Shown here: positions 19,543 through 28,138 of the stretch, one piece after another
Layout: each line of letters starts with the position of its first letter
Numbering within the stretch: the stretch's first letter is position 1
NCBI GenBank assembly: GCA_900544175.1
Contig: UQUN01000010.1
Coordinates: forward strand, 3,392 to 67,391
Length of the DNA: 64,000 nt
Source of the DNA: an uncultured Alistipes sp.
Lineage (GTDB): Bacteria > Bacteroidota > Bacteroidia > Bacteroidales > UBA932
Reading direction: 5' to 3'
Notes under the pieces: generated by a model
What the model saw: only the letters and a program-made list of their open reading frames with translations
Databases searched by the model: none
Told to the model about the DNA's origin: nothing
Position numbers and translations under genes: made by a program

Positions 19543-20499
19543 ATGAGAATTATAGGAACTGGTAGTGCCCGCCCTTCTAAGGTCGTAACAAATGCGATGC
19601 TGGAGGATTTTCTGGATACCAGCAACGAGTGGATAGTGACCCGTACGGGTATCAGGGAGAGGCGGCTCATCTCCTCCGAGAGTCTGGAGGAACTGGCAGC
19701 AGCCGCCGCCCGCAGTGCTATGGAGAATGCCGGGATAACACCGGAGCAGGTAGACTTCATAATCTGCTCCAATGTGGTGAACGAGTACGTGACTCCGGGG
19801 TTGGGCTGTGTCGTGCAGGGCATGATAGGTGCTGCCTGTCCCACAGTGGACATCAACTGTGCCTGCACCGGTTTTATCTACGCGCTGGACATTGCCGAGG
19901 CGTATCTTGCGACCAAGGACATGAGAAACATCCTTATAGTCTGTGCCGAGGAACCGTCCCGCATGATGAACTGGCACGACCGTTCCTCCTGCATCCTTTT
20001 CGGGGATGCGGCCGGGGCAGTGGTTGTCACTAAAGGGGATGACCTCAAGGCCATCCGTGTATCCACCCACTGCAAGGTGGAGGCTCTCTACCAGAAGCGC
20101 AGACTTCAGCCTACGCCTTTCCTGACCAAGGAGGAGACGGACACTGACGGTGTGGTCATGAACGGTCAGGATGTGTTCAAGCTCGCTGTATCATCATCCA
20201 TCAAGGATATAGACAAGGTGCTGGCCATGGCCGGCATGAAAGCCGATGACATCGACCTGTATGTGCTGCATCAGGCCAATGTGCGTATCATCGAGTCCAT
20301 CCGGCACTTCGTCAATCAGGACAGAAGCAAGTTCCCGTTCAACCTGGACAGGTACGGGAACACTTCTTCCGCATCCATTCCCGCCCTGTTGGACGATCTT
20401 AACAGAGGCAATCAATTGAAAACAGGAGAAATGTTGTTGCTTAGTGCGTTCGGAGCCGGATTCACTACCGGGGCATGTATTCTCCGCTGGTCAAAGTAA
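19543..20499 (+). CDS. fabH: 3-oxoacyl-ACP synthase III (KAS III)
   Basis: 318 aa. Active-site Cys context NCACTGF, downstream His (YVLHQAN) and Asn (GNTSSAS) of the FabH triad. Confidence 0.85.
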   Translation: MRIIGTGSARPSKVVTNAMLEDFLDTSNEWIVTRTGIRERRLISSESLEELAAAAARSAMENAGITPEQVDFIICSNVVNEYVTPGLGCVVQGMIGAACPTVDINCACTGFIYALDIAEAYLATKDMRNILIVCAEEPSRMMNWHDRSSCILFGDAAGAVVVTKGDDLKAIRVSTHCKVEALYQKRRLQPTPFLTKEETDTDGVVMNGQDVFKLAVSSSIKDIDKVLAMAGMKADDIDLYVLHQANVRIIESIRHFVNQDRSKFPFNLDRYGNTSSASIPALLDDLNRGNQLKTGEMLLLSAFGAGFTTGACILRWSK

Positions 20500-20510
20500 A
20501 ACAAAACTAT

Positions 20511-21776
20511 ATGGAAAAAAGAGTAGTAGTGACAGGTATGGGAGTGGTCTCACCTGTCGGAAATAACGTGGAGACTTTCTGGAAGAGCATTGTCAACGGA
20601 GTCTGCGGTATTGATTACATTACCCAGTTCCCGACTGACGGGCTTTCAGTGAAGATTGCAGGTGAGGTCAAGGATTTCAGGCCGGCCGACTACGGCATCG
20701 AACCTAAGGCGGCCAGGAAGTTTGACCGGTTCAGTCTCTTTGCTCTTGCAGCCGCCAATCAGGCCGTGGCAATGAGCGGACTCAGGTCCACAGATGACGA
20801 GGAAGACAAAACGCCCGGCACTGTCCTGGCTGACCGTTTCGGAGTCTATATCGGCTCCGGGATCGGAGGTATGCACTCTTTTGTCAACGAGACTACAAAG
20901 TTGATTAAGGACGGTCCTCAGTGGATATCGCCTTTGTTCATCCCTACGATGATCGCGAATATTGCTGCCGGCAATGTGGCCATTGCGCATCATGCCAAGG
21001 GCGTATGCCTGCCTATAGTGACTGCCTGTGCTACCGGGACCCATTCCATAGGGGAGGCGTACAGGGCTGTCAAGTACGGTTATGCAGATGCAATAATAGC
21101 CGGAGGTACCGAAGCGGCCGTTACTCCTCTGGCCATAGGAGGATTTTCCAACAGCAAGGCTCTGTCTCCCGCCGAGGATCCGATGGCTGCCTCCCTGCCT
21201 TTCGATGCCCGCCGTCAGGGGTTCGTAATCGCTGAAGGTGCCGGAGTTCTGGTTATCGAGGAATACGAGCATGCGATGGCACGCGGAGCTAAGATATATG
21301 CCGAACTGTGCGGTTATGGCAATACCTGTGACGCTTATCACTACACGGCGCCCTGTCCGGACGGCTCCACACCTGCCAAAGCATTCAGACAGGCCCTGAC
21401 CGAAGCCCATTATTCGACGTCAGATCTGCTGCATATCAACACCCATGGTACTGGTACACCTCTGAACGACAAGTCCGAGACAGCGGCCATCAAGCTTGCC
21501 CTCGGTGAGACCGAGGCCCGTCGCGCCATTCTCTGCTCCACCAAGTCCATGACAGGACACGCGCTTGGAGCGGCAGGAGGCATCGAGGCTGTCGCTGCAG
21601 TCATGGCACTTCACGACGGTGTGGTTCCGCCTACCATCAACTACAAGGAACCTGATCCCGAATGTGACCTGGATGTCAATCCCAACCATGCCCGGGAGGC
21701 TGCGCTGACCATGGCCCTGTCCTCTTCGCTGGGCTTCGGAGGCCATAATGCAGTATTGGCATTCAGACGTTTATAA
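20511..21776 (+). CDS. fabF: 3-oxoacyl-ACP synthase II (KAS II)
   Basis: Start at MEKRVVVTGMGVVSP. Active-site Cys (ACATGTHS) and HTHGTGT / H..G His motifs. Confidence 0.9.
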   Translation: MEKRVVVTGMGVVSPVGNNVETFWKSIVNGVCGIDYITQFPTDGLSVKIAGEVKDFRPADYGIEPKAARKFDRFSLFALAAANQAVAMSGLRSTDDEEDKTPGTVLADRFGVYIGSGIGGMHSFVNETTKLIKDGPQWISPLFIPTMIANIAAGNVAIAHHAKGVCLPIVTACATGTHSIGEAYRAVKYGYADAIIAGGTEAAVTPLAIGGFSNSKALSPAEDPMAASLPFDARRQGFVIAEGAGVLVIEEYEHAMARGAKIYAELCGYGNTCDAYHYTAPCPDGSTPAKAFRQALTEAHYSTSDLLHINTHGTGTPLNDKSETAAIKLALGETEARRAILCSTKSMTGHALGAAGGIEAVAAVMALHDGVVPPTINYKEPDPECDLDVNPNHAREAALTMALSSSLGFGGHNAVLAFRRL

Positions 21777-21805
21777 GCAGTATCAATCACTAAAACCAAA
21801 CTGAA

Positions 21806-22237
21806 ATGGATAGAGAAGAGATCAAGCAGTTTCTCCGTCATCGTGAGCCGATGCTTCTGGTTGACGAGATGGAACTTCAGAACGGAGGCACAGAATGTGT
21901 CGGAAAGTATCACGTCAGAGGTGACGAATTCTTCCTCCAGGGGCATTTCCCCGGCTATCCGGTAGTGCCCGGAGTCATCCTCTGCGAGATTATGGGGCAG
22001 TGCAGCTCCTTGCTTATCAAGGATTATTTGGTAGGTCACACAACCTTGTTCACTGGCATTGACAAGACCCGTTTCAAGCATCAGGTCCATCCTGGCGATA
22101 CGGTAGAGGTGCATGCTCACATCACAAATCACCGGGCCATGCTTTTTTATATCGATGCAAAGGCATATGTGGGTGGTGAGATATGTGTCGAGGCCAGTCT
22201 TTCATTTGCAGTGATACCCAACGATAAAGTAAAATAA
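21806..22237 (+). CDS. fabZ: 3-hydroxyacyl-ACP dehydratase (hot-dog fold)
   Basis: 143 aa. FFLQGHFPGYPVVPGVILCE catalytic His motif of FabZ/FabA. Confidence 0.85.
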   Translation: MDREEIKQFLRHREPMLLVDEMELQNGGTECVGKYHVRGDEFFLQGHFPGYPVVPGVILCEIMGQCSSLLIKDYLVGHTTLFTGIDKTRFKHQVHPGDTVEVHAHITNHRAMLFYIDAKAYVGGEICVEASLSFAVIPNDKVK

Positions 22238-22239
22238 TT

Positions 22240-22989
22240 ATGCTGGAAGGATTATTAAAAGGCAGGGTGGCCCTGATTACCGGAGCTGCCCGTGGAATAG
22301 GCAAGGCTATTGCCATGAAACTGGCTTCAGCCGGAGCCGACATTGCTTTCACGGACCTCAGAGAGGACGACAATTTCAGGAATACAGTGGCTGAGATTAC
22401 AGCTCTTGGAGTGCAGTGCCGTGGCTATGCCTCAAATGCGGCGGACTTTGCCGAGGCTCATGCAACTGTAGACCAGATACTGAAGGACTTCGGTCATATC
22501 GACATTCTGGTCAACAATGCCGGCATTACCCGTGACGGCCTGATGATGAGGATGTCCGAGCAGCAGTGGGACAGTGTGATTACAGTCAACCTCAAGAGCG
22601 CGTTCAACTTTACGCATGCACTGACTCCCATCATGGCCCGTCAGAGAGGTGGCAGCATCATCAACATCTCTTCTGTTGTGGGCGTGAACGGCAATGCCGG
22701 ACAGTGCAACTACTCCGCTTCCAAGGCCGGTCTGATCGGTCTGGCCAAGTCCATAGCCAAGGAGATGGGCTCGCGCGGTATCCGTGCAAATGCCATTGCT
22801 CCCGGATTCATAATCACGGACATGACGAATGCTCTGCCTCAGGAGGTCCGTGACGAGTGGAACAAGAAGATACCCCTCCGTCGCGGCGGCACACCCGAGG
22901 ATATCGCCAATGTGGCTCTCTTCCTCGCATCCGACCTTTCCTCATATGTTACAGGTCAGGTCATAATCTGCGACGGCGGCATGCTGTAG
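22240..22989 (+). CDS. fabG: 3-oxoacyl-ACP reductase (SDR)
   Basis: 249 aa. TGAARGIG cofactor motif, NNAG, catalytic S...YSASK. Confidence 0.85.
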   Translation: MLEGLLKGRVALITGAARGIGKAIAMKLASAGADIAFTDLREDDNFRNTVAEITALGVQCRGYASNAADFAEAHATVDQILKDFGHIDILVNNAGITRDGLMMRMSEQQWDSVITVNLKSAFNFTHALTPIMARQRGGSIINISSVVGVNGNAGQCNYSASKAGLIGLAKSIAKEMGSRGIRANAIAPGFIITDMTNALPQEVRDEWNKKIPLRRGGTPEDIANVALFLASDLSSYVTGQVIICDGGML

Positions 22990-23031
22990 CCTCTTCCTGC
23001 TGCAGTCGGCAGTGTAAGATGCAGAAACAGA

Positions 23032-23064
23032 AAGAGTCCGGATCTGTTCCGGACTCTTCTTTTA
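23032..23064. terminator. Bidirectional hairpin terminator between convergent fabG and the BACON-thioredoxin lipoprotein gene
   Basis: AAGAGTCCGGA-tctgt-TCCGGACTCTT followed by TTTT on plus, A-rich on the other side. Confidence 0.65.
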
Positions 23065-23088
23065 TGCAATTCTGCGTGCGCAGTGTCA

Positions 23089-24522
23089 TCAGTCTTCGTA
23101 TTCGAAGATGGCGAAGTTGTTGATCTTTATGTCTACGACGTTGTCTGTCACATATCCGGTCCCGGTTTGGAAGCCGTATATGGCGTAGTCCACTGATCCC
23201 TTATACGTGTCCTCGTAGTTGACGATGGCAACGATGTGGAGGTTTTCAGGATTCTCGACATCCTGGGGAACAGGGCAAGTCAGTTCGACATTGTTGATTT
23301 CACCGCCTGTCAGCTGGATAGGGTCTCCCCACATCTCGGTAACCTCGGCTCTTACCACATTGTCGTGGATGTATCTGCTGCCTCCATTTGACTGGTATGC
23401 GACGATGCTGTCCTCAAGTACCAGGACACTTATCCTGTAGTTGCCGGATTCCTTTGCACCTATTCCAAGGCTGATTTCAATGTTGTCTCCGTTGAGGTTG
23501 ACTATTCCGCCGATGGCTGTGTTGGCCGGCAGTTCTTCCACTGCTTCTTTGGCGAGGTCGGCAAAGAGTCTTCTTACGATGCTTCCAGACGAATTCTCAA
23601 CGCGTGCGTAGCTGTTCACGAGTCCTACAGGGATGTAGCCGTAGTTGAGGTAGCGGTAGTACTGGTTACTGCCGTCCCACTCCAGTTCGCTGCCGCCATC
23701 ATAAGAGATGTGCATGTTAACCGGGACTAAGTGGTTGGGGTAGTCTTCTATGGCTCCCATCAGAGACTCATTCATGCTGGGGCAGTTGGGGCATCCTGTA
23801 GCGGTGAAGCGGATCGCAAGGGAGCGTCTGAGGAAGGTCCTGCTGAAGTCGGCCTTGAGGTCGCCCATCTGCGATACAGTGATTGTAGCAGTTGTCATTC
23901 CGTCCTTTCCGTTGAGCGTCAGGACAGTCTCGCGTACTTCTCCGGAGTTGTTCTCGTCTTCTATGTTTGCTTCTGCGGAGAGACTGATAGTGTATGTCTT
24001 TAGCTGCGAGTATGTCGTGTTGTCGGAGAGGAGTGTGGAATCTGTGGCTGCGCAGGAATTGACGGTGAGCCATTCAGCTTCAGTGGTGACGTCAAAGCCG
24101 ACATTAGACCGGAGACTTATTGAGAAGTCCGTTGCATCCCCGCTGATAGATACGGACTGGCTCGCTATTGAAAAGCCGGGAGTGGGGTCCTGCACCACAA
24201 AGTACTGGGTGGTCACTCCTGCCTCTTCGATGTTGATACTGCCGACTCTTTCCTGGAGGTCGGAATTGATGTCAAGGATTGTGAATGACAACTCGTTTGT
24301 GCCTGCCGCTCCGGAGAGTGGAGTGATCGCGAACCATGTGGATGTGTTCTTGCTTACCTTCCACTCGTCCTCGAAGGGCATTCTTACTGTCAGAGTGGTG
24401 TCACTGACATTGGGCAGAAATATGGTTGAACCCGAAATGACAGGAGTCTCTGTATTGTCGGTGCATGCCGCAAGGCAGAGAGCAGCTGCGATACTTGCAA
24501 ACAAGATGTTTATCTGTCTCAT
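23089..24522 (-). CDS. Lipoprotein: N-terminal BACON-like Ig domains plus C-terminal Omp28-like thioredoxin-fold domain with CPNC motif (paralog 1)
   Basis: Start at MRQINILFASIAAALCLAAC (lipobox); the track ORF is extended upstream. ...IRFTATGCPNCPSMNES... CxxC after a beta-strand, YIPVG cis-Pro-like loop. C-terminal FAIFEYED. Confidence 0.7.
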   Translation of the reverse strand: MRQINILFASIAAALCLAACTDNTETPVISGSTIFLPNVSDTTLTVRMPFEDEWKVSKNTSTWFAITPLSGAAGTNELSFTILDINSDLQERVGSINIEEAGVTTQYFVVQDPTPGFSIASQSVSISGDATDFSISLRSNVGFDVTTEAEWLTVNSCAATDSTLLSDNTTYSQLKTYTISLSAEANIEDENNSGEVRETVLTLNGKDGMTTATITVSQMGDLKADFSRTFLRRSLAIRFTATGCPNCPSMNESLMGAIEDYPNHLVPVNMHISYDGGSELEWDGSNQYYRYLNYGYIPVGLVNSYARVENSSGSIVRRLFADLAKEAVEELPANTAIGGIVNLNGDNIEISLGIGAKESGNYRISVLVLEDSIVAYQSNGGSRYIHDNVVRAEVTEMWGDPIQLTGGEINNVELTCPVPQDVENPENLHIVAIVNYEDTYKGSVDYAIYGFQTGTGYVTDNVVDIKINNFAIFEYED

Positions 24523-24533
24523 GCTGGTATGTT

Positions 24534-26114
24534 TTAAAGTGCGACGATGAGTGATAGGTTGACACCTGTGTATGCAGGGGTCATGCGGCAAACGCCTCCG
24601 GAGCAGAGGTAACCTTCCTTGAAGCGTCCGAAGTTGAGGGCTGCCCTGACTTTGGAGTATGAATAGCTTACCGAGCCGTTGATGTAGTGTGTCTTTGTGT
24701 CCCCGTAGTTCCACATGTCCTGGATCGAGATGCTCCATCTCGGTGCGAAACTGTACTCGAGGAGGGCTGCTGCCCAGCTCTTGTGGTCCTGCTTCGTGTA
24801 CAGGTGCTGAAGTTCAAGCCGCAGGGAGTTCTTTCTGTCGAACTTATAGGTCATGTCGGCCACGACTGTGTGGGAGTTCCACATGTCCGTTCCTTTGGAG
24901 ATGGCCTGCGAGTTGAGGGTCTGCCAGGAGTAGAACAGGATCATCTTGAAGTCGCTTCCGAACCATCTTTCGATGTCTATTGTAAGGTCTCTGAACAGCA
25001 GTTCGTCATTGCCTCTTACACCTGTCATCATGTCCAGTATGCCGCCGTAGTAGGTCGAGAAGTTGGCATGTACTTTCATGCCTTTCTTGCCGCCCATGGC
25101 TGTACCTCTCCTGAAGTTGTAGTAAAGGTCGGCCTGTCCTCCGATCTCATCGTTCTGGGCCGTGTAGGGGTTCAGTGTGGCGAGGGCATAGGTATGCTGC
25201 TGTGTGAGGGCAGGTACGTAGTTGATGAACGTCCAGATGTCGGACGGTCCGTTGTTCCTGATACCCTGAAGCATAGGGTTGTTGAGCTTTCTGAATGTCA
25301 GCAGTCCGCCGAATCCGTTGCCGGTGTAGCTGAAGTCTACCTGGATGGCCTCGCTTCTGGTGGAATCGAGACTGTTGTAGAATCCTGGATCGGCTTTTCT
25401 GCTCATGTATTCGCCGCTGAGACGGAAGCCTGCGTAACCGAGACTCATCCTCGCTGAGTAGCCGAACGTATGTGGATTCATGCCCTCGATGGTCACGGGC
25501 TCGTACTTGTCGAGTACGCTTCCCTCGACTGTCCAGTCGAAGTTGTCCCAGTTGGCTGCCCTGGATATCGACAGTGACAGGTCCGCTCCGGCGACGGTGT
25601 TGCTGGTGTATTCCTGAATGTCCCGGATCCTTCCGTACAGACCCTTGATGGTGAGGAAGTCCCCGAATGTGTAGCCTACCTTGACACCCTGTATTGCATT
25701 GTTTATACCCAGAGTCCTGTCTTCGTAAGTCCTGAAGAGAAGTCCGCTACCGAACTGCTCGTGTATGCTTCCTATCCTCACGTCCCAACCGTTGGCCGCA
25801 TATCCGGCATACAGGTCATATCTCATGAAGTTCTCGCTCATGATGTTGTCAGGGAAGTATCCTGCAATGGGGGGAAAGTAGCCTTCCATCTGAAGGCCGG
25901 CGTAGAATCCTTTCCAGGAGTAGTCCAACTTGAGGTAGTTGTTGGACCCCATGTGTCCGTCCGGATTGTAGGAATTTGTTTTCTCGTCTTTGAAGTAGTA
26001 GGTGGTATTGGTCTCCAGACCAGCAGAAAAGTTGCCCTTGTCCTCGTTCTGGGCAAAGGCAACTATCCCTGTCAGAGCCAAAAGACCTACTGCAGTCGTA
26101 AATCTTTTGAGCAT
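24534..26114 (-). CDS. DUF6029-like outer-membrane beta-barrel protein
   Basis: 526 aa, signal peptide, amphipathic strand pattern throughout, C-terminal ...NLSLIVAL. Sits 4 nt after tlpA and 11 nt before paralog 1. Confidence 0.5.
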   Translation of the reverse strand: MLKRFTTAVGLLALTGIVAFAQNEDKGNFSAGLETNTTYYFKDEKTNSYNPDGHMGSNNYLKLDYSWKGFYAGLQMEGYFPPIAGYFPDNIMSENFMRYDLYAGYAANGWDVRIGSIHEQFGSGLLFRTYEDRTLGINNAIQGVKVGYTFGDFLTIKGLYGRIRDIQEYTSNTVAGADLSLSISRAANWDNFDWTVEGSVLDKYEPVTIEGMNPHTFGYSARMSLGYAGFRLSGEYMSRKADPGFYNSLDSTRSEAIQVDFSYTGNGFGGLLTFRKLNNPMLQGIRNNGPSDIWTFINYVPALTQQHTYALATLNPYTAQNDEIGGQADLYYNFRRGTAMGGKKGMKVHANFSTYYGGILDMMTGVRGNDELLFRDLTIDIERWFGSDFKMILFYSWQTLNSQAISKGTDMWNSHTVVADMTYKFDRKNSLRLELQHLYTKQDHKSWAAALLEYSFAPRWSISIQDMWNYGDTKTHYINGSVSYSYSKVRAALNFGRFKEGYLCSGGVCRMTPAYTGVNLSLIVAL

Positions 26115-26118
26115 AATT

Positions 26119-26607
26119 CTACTGAAGTTTTAAGATTTGGTCAAAAAGTTCCTCCTCGCTGCCTGGAGTATAGCCGGTGTGAGTGTAGACGATCTTGCCT
26201 TCCCTGTCGAGAATGAACACGGTGGGCTGTGTCTGTACGTTCATGGCTCTCTTGAGGTCTCCGTTCTCGTCAAGCAGAATGGTGAAGTCGGTCCAGCCTC
26301 TGCCGTTGACCATAGGTTTTACCTTGGCGCTCGACCTTGAGTCGTCTGTAGCGACAGCCACTACCTTGAACTCGGCCTCTTCGATCCAGTCCACATAAGC
26401 GTCGTTGACGGCTCCGAGCTCCTGAAGGCAGGGCTTGCATGTGGTATACCAGAATGAAAGTATTACAGGTACTCCGTCCTCCATGATGGACTGGACGTTG
26501 ACCGCATTTCCGTCGATGTCCTTCACCTCAACGCTGGGCAGGTCCTTCTGTGCCCATGCAAGACAGGGGAGAAGCAGTGCGGCAGCTAAAAATAGAAATC
26601 TTTTCAT
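26119..26607 (-). CDS. tlpA: TlpA/ResA-family periplasmic thiol-disulfide oxidoreductase
   Basis: 162 aa, signal peptide, ILSFWYTTCKPCLQE thioredoxin CxxC, cis-Pro region TQPTVFILD. Confidence 0.8.
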   Translation of the reverse strand: MKRFLFLAAALLLPCLAWAQKDLPSVEVKDIDGNAVNVQSIMEDGVPVILSFWYTTCKPCLQELGAVNDAYVDWIEEAEFKVVAVATDDSRSSAKVKPMVNGRGWTDFTILLDENGDLKRAMNVQTQPTVFILDREGKIVYTHTGYTPGSEEELFDQILKLQ

Positions 26608-26622
26608 CTTTATTGTAGTGTG

Positions 26623-28056
26623 TTAGTTTTCGTATTCGAATTCAACAGAGCCTCCTACGGGGATGTCTATTACGTTGTCGACGATGTAGCCGTAGTCATC
26701 ATATATGACGTTTCCGTTGTTGAACTGGCCGGTGTATGCTCCCTCGTAGGTGGTAAAGGCCACTACGTGCAGATTCTCGGTGTCCTTGACGGTACCTGGT
26801 ACAGGTATGCTCAGGTTTACATTGTACATGCCGTTCGTTGAGAGATATGCAGGGTCGCCGAAATGTTCGGTGAGTACGGAACGCACTACGTTGCTGTGCT
26901 CGTAGTTGTATGGATCAGGGACGATGCCCGTGTAGTCTGACTGTGTTCCGATGATTCCGTCCTCAAGCAGGAATACGGAGATGAAGTAGTCCCCGGCCTC
27001 TTTGGAGGCTATGTAGAGGTCTACTGTCAGGTTGGAACCGTTGATGGCTGCGGAGCCGATTATGCCAGTGTTGGAAGGCAGGTTCTCGACGGCGTCCTGG
27101 GCCACCCCTACAAATGCGCCTGCTGTTATCGCCGTGCTGTTGTTGTTGATTGTAGAGTAGTAGTTCTCTATGGCTGTGGGGAATCCGGCGATATCAAACT
27201 GATTCATGTATTCATTGACATAGTTGAAGCTGAGAGCTCCCGATCCCTGATACATGTTCATGGCGACTATGCGGTCGGGATACTCCTCGATGGCCTGGTG
27301 CAGGCTTTCGTTCATCATGGGGCAGTATCCGCACCAGTTTCCGGTGAATCTGATTACGAGAGAGCGGCGGAGGAAATTCCTGGAGAAATCCTCACCCATA
27401 TTGGGTTTCTGCTCGAATGTGACTGTTCTCTCGATACCTTTCTCACCGGTAAAGGTGACTCTTGCAAGACGAGCCTCCTCACCTGTGTTTGCAGCAATGG
27501 ACATGGATGCTGTGTATGTTTTGTACTTCGAAGCAGTCGTTCCGTCAGCGAGCAGGTCCGAAATGGACGAGATCTCACCGAATGTCAGCCAGTCAGAGGA
27601 GCTTGTGATGGTAACGTCGCCGACATTGGCCATGAACTCGAACTCTGTGCCGCTAAGCTCGCTTCCGCTGAAGGAATATGAGTCGGCCAGTTCGAATCCG
27701 GGATTTACATCCTGAATGACATAGTATGTCGTCTCTTCTGTGCCGGAAATGATCGTGAATGTTCCTACTCTCTCAGCCATGTCCTCATTGTACTGAAGGC
27801 ATTTTATGGTGATATCTGTGGTGCCGGCCTCTCCTGAGAGTGGCACTATGGAGAACCAGTCAGCGTTGCAGCTGGCCTGCCATGCGCTTTCGAATTCAAT
27901 AGGTACGGTAATAGTTGTGTCAGCAGCATTGGGCAGCATTATCGATGTGCCTTGTATCAATGTGTTCTGACCTCCTTCCGTGCAGGAAGTCAAGGCTGCG
28001 GAAAGACCTGCCGTGCAGAGTCCGCAGAGGATAATCGGTTTGAAAAAACGTTTCAT
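26623..28056 (-). CDS. Lipoprotein: BACON-like domains plus Omp28-like thioredoxin-fold domain with CGYC motif (paralog 2)
   Basis: MKRFFKPIILCGLCTAGLSAALTSC lipobox. ...IRFTGNWCGYCPMMNES..., GFPTAIEN cis-Pro loop. C-terminal VEFEYEN. Confidence 0.7.
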   Translation of the reverse strand: MKRFFKPIILCGLCTAGLSAALTSCTEGGQNTLIQGTSIMLPNAADTTITVPIEFESAWQASCNADWFSIVPLSGEAGTTDITIKCLQYNEDMAERVGTFTIISGTEETTYYVIQDVNPGFELADSYSFSGSELSGTEFEFMANVGDVTITSSSDWLTFGEISSISDLLADGTTASKYKTYTASMSIAANTGEEARLARVTFTGEKGIERTVTFEQKPNMGEDFSRNFLRRSLVIRFTGNWCGYCPMMNESLHQAIEEYPDRIVAMNMYQGSGALSFNYVNEYMNQFDIAGFPTAIENYYSTINNNSTAITAGAFVGVAQDAVENLPSNTGIIGSAAINGSNLTVDLYIASKEAGDYFISVFLLEDGIIGTQSDYTGIVPDPYNYEHSNVVRSVLTEHFGDPAYLSTNGMYNVNLSIPVPGTVKDTENLHVVAFTTYEGAYTGQFNNGNVIYDDYGYIVDNVIDIPVGGSVEFEYEN

Positions 28057-28138
28057 ATAAAAATAAGTATTAGTATTGTCTTCCTAATTATCACTAATGA
28101 TTATGCAAATATAATTTTTTTTGTGATTTGCAGTACGT

